Positions 1 to 8,485 are shown, numbered from the stretch's first letter. The stretch: DNA of 32,000 nucleotides from Candidatus Saccharimonadota bacterium (GCA_001790095.1 MGBH01000001.1:210001-242000), one strand, 5' to 3'. Notes: generated from the sequence alone by a model not told the origin. Program-made: numbers and translations.

Positions 1-441
1 ACTGATACAAAAAAAACAGTAATAACGGGTGTTGAAATGTTTAGAAAAACACTTGATGAGGCTCGCGCCGGAGACAATGTAGGACTTCTTCTTCGCGGTA
101 TTGAAAAAGAAGACGTACAAAGAGGTCAAGTAATCGCAAAACCAGGTTCAATTACACCTCATACCGAGTTTGAAGCGCAGATTTATGTCTTAAAAAAAGA
201 AGAAGGCGGACGTCATACACCATTTTTTAAAGGCTACAGACCACAGTTCTACATAAGAACAACCGATGTGACTGGAGAATTGAATCTTCCAGCGGGGGTT
301 GAAATGGTTATGCCGGGAGATAATGTAAAAATAACAGGAAAACTTATCTATCCAGTTGCTCTTGAAGAGGGTATGAAATTTGCCATCCGTGAAGGTGGAC
401 ATACCGTTGGAGCTGGAGCAATAACAAAGATAACAAAATAA
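1..441 (+). CDS. tuf: Elongation factor Tu, C-terminal part (5' end lies outside the window)
   Basis: Frame 1 is open to the window edge. The translation [33 protein letters not shown]...[18 protein letters not shown] matches EF-Tu domains II/III. rpsJ follows, as in str/S10 clusters. Confidence 0.95.
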   Translation, partial: TDTKKTVITGVEMFRKTLDEARAGDNVGLLLRGIEKEDVQRGQVIAKPGSITPHTEFEAQIYVLKKEEGGRHTPFFKGYRPQFYIRTTDVTGELNLPAGVEMVMPGDNVKITGKLIYPVALEEGMKFAIREGGHTVGAGAITKITK

Positions 442-477
442 TTTTGCGAACCTATTTATTTAAGCACTTTTACATGT

Positions 478-786
478 ATGCCAAAAGGTAGAATTAGGAT
501 CAAATTAAAAGCGTATGATTATCGGTTGATTGACGATACTTGTCAAAAACTGGTTGATGCGGCCATACGGACAGGTGCATCAATTATTGGTCCGATACCT
601 CTGCCCACAAAAACAGAAGTATTTGTCGTAAACAAATCATCATTCGTAGATAAAGATGCCAGAGAACACTTTGGTTTAAAGACCCACAAAAGACTTATCG
701 ACATCATGAACCCGACTAATCAAACGATTGATTCTCTTATGCATCTTGAATTACCTGCTGGTGTTGAAGTAGAGGTAAAGATGTAG
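478..786 (+). CDS. rpsJ: 30S ribosomal protein S10
   Basis: 102 aa. RIRIKLKAYDYRLIDDTCQKLV...PLPTK...HKRLIDI is a typical S10 sequence, and the gene sits directly after tuf. Confidence 0.95.
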   Translation: MPKGRIRIKLKAYDYRLIDDTCQKLVDAAIRTGASIIGPIPLPTKTEVFVVNKSSFVDKDAREHFGLKTHKRLIDIMNPTNQTIDSLMHLELPAGVEVEVKM

Positions 787-794
787 TTTTCTTC

Positions 795-823
795 TTGAAG
801 ATTTGGTATATGTATTATATAAT
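795..823 (+). promoter_or_regulatory. Sigma70-like promoter candidate: TTGAAG (795-800), 17-nt spacer, TATAAT (818-823)
   Basis: Read directly from the sequence: cttcTTGAAGatttggtatatgtattaTATAATgtg. It lies just after the rpsJ stop codon, inside the only long spacer of the r-protein cluster. Confidence 0.45.
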
Positions 824-888
824 GTGTTTCGCATGTTTTTTTCCTTTATTGGAAATAACTAAGAAGAAAAATTAATCTCGGATTGACA

Positions 889-905
889 GGCTTAGATAAA
901 AAGCC
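889..905 (+). promoter_or_regulatory. Possible anti-terminator hairpin competing for the 5' arm of the terminator
   Basis: GGCTT (889-893) is the reverse complement of AAGCC (901-905), with a 7-nt loop AGATAAA. AAGCC is also the start of the terminator 5' arm, so the two structures exclude each other. The stem is only 5 bp and therefore weak. Confidence 0.25.
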
Positions 906-927
906 CCAATCTGGGGCTTATTTTTTT
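901..927 (+). terminator. Rho-independent terminator or attenuator between rpsJ and rplC
   Basis: Perfect 8-bp stem AAGCCCCA (901-908) / TGGGGCTT (912-919) with a 3-nt loop ATC, followed by A plus T7 (920-927). It ends 22 nt before the rplC ATG. Confidence 0.7.
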
Positions 928-949
928 GGTTAATTTACGTATAAAAGCT

Positions 950-1627
950 ATGAACGGTTTTATTCTTGGAGAAAAGTCAATACAATCACAACAATTTCTA
1001 TCAACCGGCGAAAGGATTCCGACTACATTTATTAAGACAGAACCCTGCTATATTATTTCAATCAACTCACCAAGCAAGCGTGGGTATGGAAGTGTCCAAC
1101 TTGGTTTTAAACAAACTAAACGCATGGATACTTCAGTCAAAGGCACACTTACAAAAGCGGGAGTTACAACCCCGCTTCGTTTTTTAAGGGAATTTCGTAT
1201 TAATGAGAAAAGAGATTCTGCACAATTTACTGAAGAAAATGGTAAACAAACAGTTACGTTACTTGATAAAAAATTCATTGTGGGACAAGTGATAAAACCT
1301 TCCGATATGTTTGCTAAGGGAGACCTTGTATTGGTCTCTGGAACATCAAAAGGAAAAGGATTTCAAGGAGTTGTTAAAAGACATGGGTTTAAAGGAGGAC
1401 CGAAGACTCATGGACAATCAGACAGGCAAAGGGCTCCAGGTTCAATTGGTATGACCACTACACCTGGACGCGTATTCAAAGGAAAACGAATGGCAGGAAG
1501 AATGGGTAGCGAAAGAGTCACTTTTAAAGGTTTGATGGTTGTTGAAGTAGCAGAAAACGGAATAAGAGTTAAGGGTTTAGTACCTGGATCAACAGGTGGT
1601 TTACTTGAAATAAGAAAACAAGATTAA
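950..1627 (+). CDS. rplC: 50S ribosomal protein L3
   Basis: GKGFQGVVKRHGFKGGPKTHGQSDRQRAPGSIGMTTTPGRVFKGKRMAGRMG is the L3 signature. I chose the ATG at 950, because the TTG at 926 in the ORF track lies inside the terminator T-tract. Confidence 0.93.
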   Translation: MNGFILGEKSIQSQQFLSTGERIPTTFIKTEPCYIISINSPSKRGYGSVQLGFKQTKRMDTSVKGTLTKAGVTTPLRFLREFRINEKRDSAQFTEENGKQTVTLLDKKFIVGQVIKPSDMFAKGDLVLVSGTSKGKGFQGVVKRHGFKGGPKTHGQSDRQRAPGSIGMTTTPGRVFKGKRMAGRMGSERVTFKGLMVVEVAENGIRVKGLVPGSTGGLLEIRKQD

Positions 1628-1646
1628 TGAGTTTACGGCTTTAGAT

Positions 1647-2339
1647 ATGTCAGAGACAAAACAGGAAAAAACAAAAAAAATTAAGAAAACACCTAGTGCG
1701 ATTGTCCAATATAATTTAAGTGGAGAACAAACGGGCGAAATAGTGTCACCTAAAGAAATTTTTGATATAAAGGCTTCACCCGCTTTATTATCTCAATACA
1801 TTAGAGTTTTTCAGACCAACCAGAGACAAGGGACTGCGTCGACAAAAACAAGAGCCGAAGTAGCGGGAACAACCAAGAAAATATATAAGCAAAAAGGTAC
1901 AGGTAAAGCAAGGCACGGATCTCAGCGTGCCCCCATCTTTAAAGGTGGTGGAGTGGTTGGCGGTCCAAAACCAAAAACATACAAGTTGAATATGAATAAG
2001 AAACAAAAAAAACTTGCACTTTTTACATCTTTAACCATGAAACTTCATGAAGGAAGCATCGTAGGACTAGTAGAGGACACTAAAAAAATAACCTTAAAAA
2101 CAAAACAGATTGCCATATTTGTCAAAAAAATGCAGTTTGCCAATAAAAAAGTACTATTCATATTGCCAACAGGTGAGGTGACCAACTTTACTTTAGCTGC
2201 AAGAAATATTCCCAATGTATCTTATTCTCTTGTACGCATGATCAATGCATATGATATTCTCAACGCATCAAAAGTGATATTTATTAATACTTCACTTGAT
2301 GAGTTAATCACCCATTTTGTACAAAAAAATGAAAATTAA
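1647..2339 (+). CDS. rplD: 50S ribosomal protein L4
   Basis: KQKGTGKARHGSQRAPIFKGGGVVGGPKP is the L4 motif. Position between L3 and L23. The N-terminus is Lys-rich. Confidence 0.93.
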   Translation: MSETKQEKTKKIKKTPSAIVQYNLSGEQTGEIVSPKEIFDIKASPALLSQYIRVFQTNQRQGTASTKTRAEVAGTTKKIYKQKGTGKARHGSQRAPIFKGGGVVGGPKPKTYKLNMNKKQKKLALFTSLTMKLHEGSIVGLVEDTKKITLKTKQIAIFVKKMQFANKKVLFILPTGEVTNFTLAARNIPNVSYSLVRMINAYDILNASKVIFINTSLDELITHFVQKNEN

Positions 2340-2616
2340 TAGTGTTATTATTAAGCCAATTCTTACCGAAAAGGCAACCAGCTCAGCACAAAAAAAGATA
2401 TATACATTTGAAGTAAACAACAGGTCAAATAAACATCAAATCCAACAAACAGTAGAAAAGATGTATGGGGTCAAGGTAAGCGGGATACAGATCATAGTAA
2501 GAAAAGGTAAAACAAAAAGAGTAGGAAGAAAAATGGCGACAAAACAATTGCCTGACAGAAAAATTGCGGTGATAAGCGTTTCAGAAGGTGTTATTAATGT
2601 TTTTCCACAGGCTTAA
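2329..2616 (+). CDS. rplW: 50S ribosomal protein L23
   Basis: MKINSVIIKPILTEKAT...YTFEV is L23-like. The ATG at 2329 overlaps the end of rplD. The TTG at 2317 in the ORF track is less likely. Confidence 0.9.
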   Translation: MKINSVIIKPILTEKATSSAQKKIYTFEVNNRSNKHQIQQTVEKMYGVKVSGIQIIVRKGKTKRVGRKMATKQLPDRKIAVISVSEGVINVFPQA

Positions 2617-2631
2617 TACACACACATATAT

Positions 2632-3408
2632 ATGAAAGCATATAATATACCAAAGACACACAATCCGGAAAAAGGCCTTACCAGTATTTTGAAAAAACAT
2701 TCGGGCAGAGATTCATTTGGGCATGTTTCGGTAAGACATCAGGGTGCTCGTCAAAAAAGATATTATCGTGAAATCGATTTCAAAAGAAACAAATATAATG
2801 TGGAGGGACAAGTTGAAAGTATCGAATACGATCCAAACAGAAATGTATTTATTGCGCTTATTAAATATACTGATGGAGAAAAAAGATATATTTTACAACC
2901 TAATGACCTTAACATTGGAGATAAAGTTATTTCGGGAGAAGTCGTAGATATCGTACGAGGAAATGCTTTGCCTTTGAAAAATATACCAATTGGTATTGAG
3001 ATTCACAATATTGAGATTCATCCAAAACAAGGCGGCAAGATGATTAGAGGAGCAGGTACGACCGCAACGGTTGTAGCAAAAGAAAGTCCATATGTACATA
3101 TCAAACTGCCATCAGGTGAGGTAAAGAGATTTCATGAAGATTGTTTTGCAACGATTGGAGTACTTGGTAACATACCATTTAAAGATAGAATTTTAGGTAA
3201 GGCAGGTAGAAGTCGACTCATGGGTATAAGACCAACGGTTCGTGGTACCGCGCAAAATCCAAGAAGTCATCCACACGGTGGAGGAGAGGGTCGTGTAGGG
3301 GAAGGTATGCATCCCAAGACCCCATGGGGAAAACCAGCTCGTGGTAAAAGGACAAGGACAAAAAATAAATGGAGTAATAAGTTTGTCGTTATTTCAAGAC
3401 ACGCATAA
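2632..3408 (+). CDS. rplB: 50S ribosomal protein L2
   Basis: GRSRLMGIRPTVRGTAQNPRSHPHGGGEGR is the L2 C-terminal signature. 258 aa. Confidence 0.96.
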   Translation: MKAYNIPKTHNPEKGLTSILKKHSGRDSFGHVSVRHQGARQKRYYREIDFKRNKYNVEGQVESIEYDPNRNVFIALIKYTDGEKRYILQPNDLNIGDKVISGEVVDIVRGNALPLKNIPIGIEIHNIEIHPKQGGKMIRGAGTTATVVAKESPYVHIKLPSGEVKRFHEDCFATIGVLGNIPFKDRILGKAGRSRLMGIRPTVRGTAQNPRSHPHGGGEGRVGEGMHPKTPWGKPARGKRTRTKNKWSNKFVVISRHA

Positions 3409-3415
3409 TTAACCT

Positions 3416-3895
3416 ATGGAAGCACGCGTATATTTAAAAAATGTTCATATAACCCCAAAAAAATTGAGATATCTATTGCCAGAGATAAAAAAAATGACAC
3501 CAAGTCAGTCATTACATCATCTTTTTTATTCACCAAAAAAAGGAGCAAGAGTGTTTCATAAAGCTATTAAATCAGCAATTGACAATGCAAAATATACTTT
3601 AAAAGTAAGTGAAGATCTGTTAAAATTTAAGCTTTTCATAGTTGAGCAAGGCAATGTGCTTAAAAGATTTAGACCGGGTGGACGTGGTACTGCTAAGCCT
3701 TATAAAAAAAGATACTCTCACATAAAGATAGTATTGGAGGCGATTCAAGGAAAAAGCAAAGTAAAAGAAGTAGCAAAAAAGACAGATCCTCAAATAGTGA
3801 AAAGCAAAGTAGAAGACAAAAAATTAAAAATTGACTCAGATAAAAAAAGAGTTAAAACCGCATCTGTAGTAAAACAAGATGCTATTAAAAAGTAA
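3416..3895 (+). CDS. rplV: 50S ribosomal protein L22 with a Lys-rich C-terminal extension
   Basis: ARVYLKNVHITPKKLRYLLPEIK...LKRFRPGGRGTAKPYKKRYSHIKIVL is the L22 core. About 45 further residues are rich in K, V and D. The gene follows rplB directly, with no S19 between them. Confidence 0.92.
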   Translation: MEARVYLKNVHITPKKLRYLLPEIKKMTPSQSLHHLFYSPKKGARVFHKAIKSAIDNAKYTLKVSEDLLKFKLFIVEQGNVLKRFRPGGRGTAKPYKKRYSHIKIVLEAIQGKSKVKEVAKKTDPQIVKSKVEDKKLKIDSDKKRVKTASVVKQDAIKK

Positions 3896-4530
3896 TGGGA
3901 CAAAAAGTCGATCCAAAAGGTTTAAGAATAGGAATAGTGTATAACTGGAATTCCAGATGGTATTTTAGTAATAAGAAACTATTCAAAGACACCCTTATTT
4001 CAGACATTAAAATTAGAAGAAAATTATTGAATAAATTTGCTTTTGCATCCGTTACTCAGATAGATATAGAAAGAGCCATAAAAAAAATTACAGCAATTAT
4101 TTATTCAGTAAAGCCTGGGATGATCATTGGTCGCGGAGGAAAAGGGCTGGAGGATGTAAAAAAATATATAGTCAATGAAATTGGTAATAAGAAAGACAAA
4201 GAGCTTAAAATTGAGTTAAAGATAGAACCGGTCAAAAAACCGTATTTAAGTGCTTATTTTGTTTCCCAGCTTGTTGCTGAAAAATTGATCAAAGGATTTT
4301 CTCATCGTTCAGTCATTCACCAAGCAATGAACAGAGTAATTGAAGCTGGAGCAAAGGGAGTTAAAATACAAATTGGTGGAAGAATCAATGGTGCAGAGAT
4401 ATCACGTAGGGAAAAATATTTTCAAGGAACGATACCCACATCAACAATTCGCGAATTAGTGGATTTTTCAAGATATCCCGCTTTGACAAAGTCAGGCTAT
4501 GTTGGAGTAAAAGTTTGGATTTGTAGATAA
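3895..4530 (+). CDS. rpsC: 30S ribosomal protein S3
   Basis: MGQKVDPKGLRIGIVYNWNSRWY and GRINGAEISRRE are S3 motifs. The start overlaps the rplV stop (TAATG). Confidence 0.95.
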   Translation: MGQKVDPKGLRIGIVYNWNSRWYFSNKKLFKDTLISDIKIRRKLLNKFAFASVTQIDIERAIKKITAIIYSVKPGMIIGRGGKGLEDVKKYIVNEIGNKKDKELKIELKIEPVKKPYLSAYFVSQLVAEKLIKGFSHRSVIHQAMNRVIEAGAKGVKIQIGGRINGAEISRREKYFQGTIPTSTIRELVDFSRYPALTKSGYVGVKVWICR

Positions 4531-4536
4531 AAAGCT

Positions 4537-4947
4537 ATGTTAGCACCCAAAAGACAAAAATACAGAAAGCAGTTTAGAGGAATATGGAGAAAAGTAGCGG
4601 TAAAAGGACAGAATCTGTCTTTTGGTAGCTATGGTCTAAAAACGCTGACAAGGGGTTGGATAAAAGATCGAGAAATTGAAGCTTGCCGGGTAATACTTGC
4701 TCGAGCTACAAGGAAAACAGGAAAGTTCTGGATTCGGATCTTTCCAGATAAACCATACTCAAAAAAGCCGCCAGAAGTTACTATGGGTGCAGGAAAAGGA
4801 GATGTTGCATATTTTGTAGCCTCCGTTGTACCAGGTCGTATCTTGTTTGAGATTGATGGGATTAGCCAGGATGACGCGCGTGCGGTGCTTAAGAGCGCAG
4901 GATCGAAACTATCGGTTAAAGGTAAATTTGTCACCAAAGAAATATGA
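4537..4947 (+). CDS. rplP: 50S ribosomal protein L16
   Basis: MLAPKRQKYRKQFRG...IRIFPDKPYSKKPPEVTMGAGKG is the L16 signature. Confidence 0.95.
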   Translation: MLAPKRQKYRKQFRGIWRKVAVKGQNLSFGSYGLKTLTRGWIKDREIEACRVILARATRKTGKFWIRIFPDKPYSKKPPEVTMGAGKGDVAYFVASVVPGRILFEIDGISQDDARAVLKSAGSKLSVKGKFVTKEI

Positions 4948-5165
4948 GAAAGATAACCAAAAAATTTATTGAAAAATCAGTTTCAGCTCTTGAAAAAGAA
5001 AGTATTAACTTAAGAGGCGAGATAGCTAAGATGAACCTTGATTCAGGAATAAATCCGCAGAAAGACACAAATACTTTAAGTAAGAAGAAGCGCGAACTGG
5101 CTGTCCTTTTAACCATATTGGCTACAAAAAGGAAGGAAGAGGAAACAGGGGGGAAAGTTAAGTAA
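4944..5165 (+). CDS. rpmC: 50S ribosomal protein L29
   Basis: 73 aa, helical and Lys-rich (LRGEIAKMNL...KKKRELAVLLTIL). ATGA overlap with rplP, and canonical position between L16 and S17. Confidence 0.85.
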   Translation: MRKITKKFIEKSVSALEKESINLRGEIAKMNLDSGINPQKDTNTLSKKKRELAVLLTILATKRKEEETGGKVK

Positions 5166-5178
5166 TTTAATTATATTT

Positions 5179-5424
5179 ATGACTAAAACATTATCGGGAA
5201 AAATAGTTTCAAGCAAGATGAAAAAGACAGTGGTTGTATCAGTAGAGCGGAAATTTCGTCATCCAAAATATCACAAAGTTATTATCAGGCACAAAAAATA
5301 TAAAGCACATAATGAAATTGAGGGATTAAAAGAAGCTGATTATGTTAAGATACAAGAGACGAAACCAATGTCAAAGGAAAAACGATTTATTGTTATTGAA
5401 AAATTAAAGCAAAAACCTAACTAA
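5179..5424 (+). CDS. rpsQ: 30S ribosomal protein S17
   Basis: LSGKIVSSKMKKTVVVSVERKFRHPKYHKVIIRHKKYKAHN is the S17 signature. Confidence 0.94.
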   Translation: MTKTLSGKIVSSKMKKTVVVSVERKFRHPKYHKVIIRHKKYKAHNEIEGLKEADYVKIQETKPMSKEKRFIVIEKLKQKPN

Positions 5425-5426
5425 AT

Positions 5427-5801
5427 ATGTTACAACTGAGATCTATCTTAACTGTTGCAGACAATAGCGGAGCCAAAAAAGTAAGTATGATTGGTATGCC
5501 AGGCCGTGGGAACAAAAAGATAGCAAACGTTGGCGAAGTGATAAATGCATCAGTTATTGAAGCTATTCCATTTGGGCAGGTTAAAAAGGGAGAGAAAGTG
5601 TCAGCTGTGGTTGTTAGAACGCGTAAAGAACATAGACGAAAAGATGGAAGCTATATCCGTTTTGATGATAACGCATGTGTACTGTTGCAATCTAAAGAAG
5701 TGAAAGACCCCAAAGGTACAAGAATTTTTGGTCCCATCGCAAAAGAAGTAAAAGATGCTGGTTTTAATAAAATAGCAAGTTTAGCTGAAGAAGTCTATTA
5801 A
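5427..5801 (+). CDS. rplN: 50S ribosomal protein L14
   Basis: MLQLRSILTVADNSGAKKV...IRFDDNACVLL is the L14 signature. Confidence 0.96.
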   Translation: MLQLRSILTVADNSGAKKVSMIGMPGRGNKKIANVGEVINASVIEAIPFGQVKKGEKVSAVVVRTRKEHRRKDGSYIRFDDNACVLLQSKEVKDPKGTRIFGPIAKEVKDAGFNKIASLAEEVY

Positions 5802-5808
5802 AAGAACT

Positions 5809-6114
5809 ATGAAAATAAAAAAAGGAGACAAGGTAAAAATTATAACAGGTAAGAATAATGGCAAAGAAGGTGTGGTTGAAAAAGTGTATAACAAACAAAA
5901 CACACTTCTTATACCTGGAATAAATCTCTATAAAAAGCATATTAGGAAAAATGAAAAAATGCCGCAAGGAGGGGTTGTTGAGATTCCAAGACCTCTTGCA
6001 ATAAGTAAGGTAATGCTCATATGTCCAAAGTGTAAAAAACCAACAAGAATCGGATATGTTGTTGAAAAGAGTAAAAAGTCAAGAGTTTGTAAACAGTGCA
6101 AAAGCATACTCTAA
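5809..6114 (+). CDS. rplX: 50S ribosomal protein L24, with a C-terminal CxxC...CxxC motif
   Basis: MKIKKGDKVKIITGKNNGKEGVV is the KOW motif. The C-terminus reads VMLICPKCKKPTRIGYVVEKSKKSRVCKQCK. Confidence 0.93.
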   Translation: MKIKKGDKVKIITGKNNGKEGVVEKVYNKQNTLLIPGINLYKKHIRKNEKMPQGGVVEIPRPLAISKVMLICPKCKKPTRIGYVVEKSKKSRVCKQCKSIL

Positions 6115-6131
6115 TAATTTAAGCAATCAAT

Positions 6132-6665
6132 ATGTCATTCAAAGATCAATTCAACAAGGAACTAAGAAAAAAGCTTATGGGGGAACTAAAGATAACAAAT
6201 CCAATGGCGGTTCCTCGCATATTAAAAGTAGTTCTTAATGTAGGTGCTGGTGAAGCGGTGACAAGTAAAGGAGTAATCGAAAAGATACAAGAACAAATAA
6301 CACTTATTGCTGGGCAGAAAGCAGTTGTGACAAAAGCAAAGAAATCAGTTTCGGCGTTTAAAATTCGAATGGGTCAACCAATTGGAGTAAAGGTTACACT
6401 GAGAGGGAAAAGAATGTATCATTTTATTGAGAAACTGATAACGATTGTTATCCCACGTTTGCGAGATTTCAGAGGGATTTCCGAGTCAACCGTTGACCAG
6501 CATGGCAATTTGAATCTTGGTTTTACCGAGCAAACTATTTTTCCAGAGATTGAATTTGATAAGATTGATAAGATAAGAGGATTGCAGGTCACTGTTGTGA
6601 CAAATGCCTTAGATAAAGAAAAAGGAAAGAAACTTTTTACATTATTGGGAGTTCCATTTAAATAA
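6132..6665 (+). CDS. rplE: 50S ribosomal protein L5
   Basis: [16 protein letters not shown]...RDFRGIS...[16 protein letters not shown] are L5 motifs. Confidence 0.95.
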   Translation: MSFKDQFNKELRKKLMGELKITNPMAVPRILKVVLNVGAGEAVTSKGVIEKIQEQITLIAGQKAVVTKAKKSVSAFKIRMGQPIGVKVTLRGKRMYHFIEKLITIVIPRLRDFRGISESTVDQHGNLNLGFTEQTIFPEIEFDKIDKIRGLQVTVVTNALDKEKGKKLFTLLGVPFK

Positions 6666-6672
6666 AAAGCAT

Positions 6673-6858
6673 ATGGCAAAAACATCAGACGTAGTAAAAT
6701 TCCAAAAAAAACAAAAATATAAAATTCGCAACAGAAACAGATGTGCATTATGTGGAAGGGCACGTTCTTACATAAGAAGGTTTGGTCTTTGTAGAATATG
6801 TTTTAGAGAAAGGGCATTAGCTGGAGATATTCCTGGAGTTAGAAAAATTTCTTGGTAA
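6673..6858 (+). CDS. rpsN: 30S ribosomal protein S14, short zinc-binding (type Z) form
   Basis: 61 aa. [23 protein letters not shown] carries the two CxxC pairs of C+ S14. Confidence 0.94.
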   Translation: MAKTSDVVKFQKKQKYKIRNRNRCALCGRARSYIRRFGLCRICFRERALAGDIPGVRKISW

Positions 6859-6862
6859 TTTT

Positions 6863-7147
6863 ATGAGTAGATCATTAAAAAAAGGTCCATATATTGAAGA
6901 AAGCTTGTTAAAAAAAGTATTAAAACAAAAACAAAGCGGCGCTAGAGAAACGATAAAGACATGGGCTCGTGATTCGCAGGTAGCACCTGAATTTGTTGGA
7001 CACAAGATAGGGATTCATAATGGAAGAAAACATATAGAAATTCTTATATCTGAAGCAATGGTAGGACATAGACTTGGTGAATTTTCCTTAACCCGTACTT
7101 TTAAGGGTCATGGAAAGATTACAAAGAAAACAATGGATAAAACTTAA
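6863..7147 (+). CDS. rpsS: 30S ribosomal protein S19 in a non-canonical position
   Basis: [19 protein letters not shown]...[36 protein letters not shown] aligns along its whole length with bacterial S19 (E. coli: MPRSLKKGPFID...VGHKLGEFAPTRTYRGH). It starts 4 nt after rpsN and ends 18 nt before rpsH. Confidence 0.95.
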   Translation: MSRSLKKGPYIEESLLKKVLKQKQSGARETIKTWARDSQVAPEFVGHKIGIHNGRKHIEILISEAMVGHRLGEFSLTRTFKGHGKITKKTMDKT

Positions 7148-7165
7148 TAATTATCGCAAGAAGAT

Positions 7166-7552
7166 ATGAACGATCCAATAATTGATTTGATAATAAGTAT
7201 AAAAAACGGGTATATGGCAAGTAAAGAAAGAGTGATCATGAATCACTCCTCATATAAGGCTGTAGTTGCAAATAAATTGAAGAAATTGGGATTTGTAAAA
7301 GAAGTCTTAATTTCTGGAGATATCAAAAAACAAATTGAGATAGAACTATTATATAAAGAAGGAGAACCCGCTCTTTCAGGTGTTAAGTTACACTCAACAC
7401 CTGGGAAGCGAATGTATGTGTCATATAAAAAGATGAAATCAGTGCTTGGAGGAATGGGGTATTCATTTGTTTCAACGTCAAAGGGCATTATGACTAACAC
7501 GGAATCAAAAAAAAGCAAACTTGGCGGTGAATTATTATTTTCACTTTGGTAA
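7166..7552 (+). CDS. rpsH: 30S ribosomal protein S8
   Basis: MNDPIIDLIISIKNGYMA...GYSFVSTSKGIMT...GGELLFSLW is the S8 signature. Confidence 0.95.
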   Translation: MNDPIIDLIISIKNGYMASKERVIMNHSSYKAVVANKLKKLGFVKEVLISGDIKKQIEIELLYKEGEPALSGVKLHSTPGKRMYVSYKKMKSVLGGMGYSFVSTSKGIMTNTESKKSKLGGELLFSLW

Positions 7553-7553
7553 T

Positions 7554-8099
7554 ATGTCAAAGATAGGACAAAAACCAGTAACAGTGCCACAAACAGTAAC
7601 AGTGGACATAGATGGAAGCAAAGTAAGCGTAAAAGGTAAAGAGGGATCTTTGACCGTTACATTACCTGAGGGTATAACAATTAGCAAAGATAAAGAGACA
7701 TTGGTACTCAAAAGACAGAACGACTCGAAACACCAAAAGTCTCTTCATGGTCTATTTCGAAGTCTAGTTGCAAACGCAGTGACAGGGGTAGATACCCTAT
7801 TTGAAAAAAAACTGGAAGTCATGGGTACTGGATTCAACGTGAAACTACAGGGCGAAGACCTCGTTTTTAAAGTCGGATATAACCATCCTGTCGTATTTAA
7901 AAAAGTGGTTGGAGTCAAATATGCGGTTGAAGGAAACAACAAAGTAAGCATTAAAAGCATAGATAAGCAGTTGGTAGGAGAGATAGCATATAAAGTAAAA
8001 ATGATAAAAAAGCCTGATCCATACAAAGGAAAAGGGATAAAGTATGCAGGTGAAAAATTAAGAATTAAGCCGGGTAAAAAAGCAAAAACAACAGCTTAA
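7554..8099 (+). CDS. rplF: 50S ribosomal protein L6
   Basis: MSKIGQKPVTVPQTVTVDIDGSKVSVKG...GYNHPV is L6. I chose the ATG at 7554, because the TTG at 7521 in the ORF track overlaps rpsH. Confidence 0.94.
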   Translation: MSKIGQKPVTVPQTVTVDIDGSKVSVKGKEGSLTVTLPEGITISKDKETLVLKRQNDSKHQKSLHGLFRSLVANAVTGVDTLFEKKLEVMGTGFNVKLQGEDLVFKVGYNHPVVFKKVVGVKYAVEGNNKVSIKSIDKQLVGEIAYKVKMIKKPDPYKGKGIKYAGEKLRIKPGKKAKTTA

Positions 8100-8106
8100 A
8101 ACAACT

Positions 8107-8460
8107 ATGAAAACCATAACGACAGATAGAAAATTAAGAAGAAAGTTGAGAGTAAGTAAAAAGATACATGGAACATCTCAGGTGCCACGGATTTCAGTTT
8201 TCCGTTCTAGCAAATATATTTATGCACAGGCGATAGATGATGACAAACGTGTAACTATATGTTCCTTTTCAGTTAAAAATGTCAAAACACCAAGCAAAAT
8301 GAAAAAATCCGATATGGCAAAACAGGTTGGAGTGGGTTTGGCAAACATTCTAAAGGAGAAAAAGATTGCAAAAGCGTTATTTGACAGAGGTGCATATTCA
8401 TATCTAGGAAGAGTAAAAAAAGTTGCCGAAGGCTTAAGAGAAGCAGGCTTGCAAATCTAA
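8107..8460 (+). CDS. rplR: 50S ribosomal protein L18
   Basis: PRISVFRSSKYIYAQAIDD...FDRGAYSYLGRVKKVAEGLREAGLQI is the L18 signature. Confidence 0.95.
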   Translation: MKTITTDRKLRRKLRVSKKIHGTSQVPRISVFRSSKYIYAQAIDDDKRVTICSFSVKNVKTPSKMKKSDMAKQVGVGLANILKEKKIAKALFDRGAYSYLGRVKKVAEGLREAGLQI

Positions 8461-8485
8461 TTATTAATAAGTTTTTGAGTTTTGT

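Noticed and set aside
822-875. 17-codon ORF (MCFACFFPLLEITKKKN) in the rpsJ-rplC spacer
   Set aside because: Its ATG overlaps the putative -10 box, so it would not be on the predicted transcript. It has no SD sequence and no recognisable peptide family. It is too short to support from sequence alone.
883-888. Consensus TTGACA hexamer just upstream of the terminator, considered as a -35 box for an rplC promoter
   Set aside because: No acceptable -10 hexamer lies 16-19 nt downstream: that position falls in the G/C-rich terminator stem (CCAATC). It is probably fortuitous.
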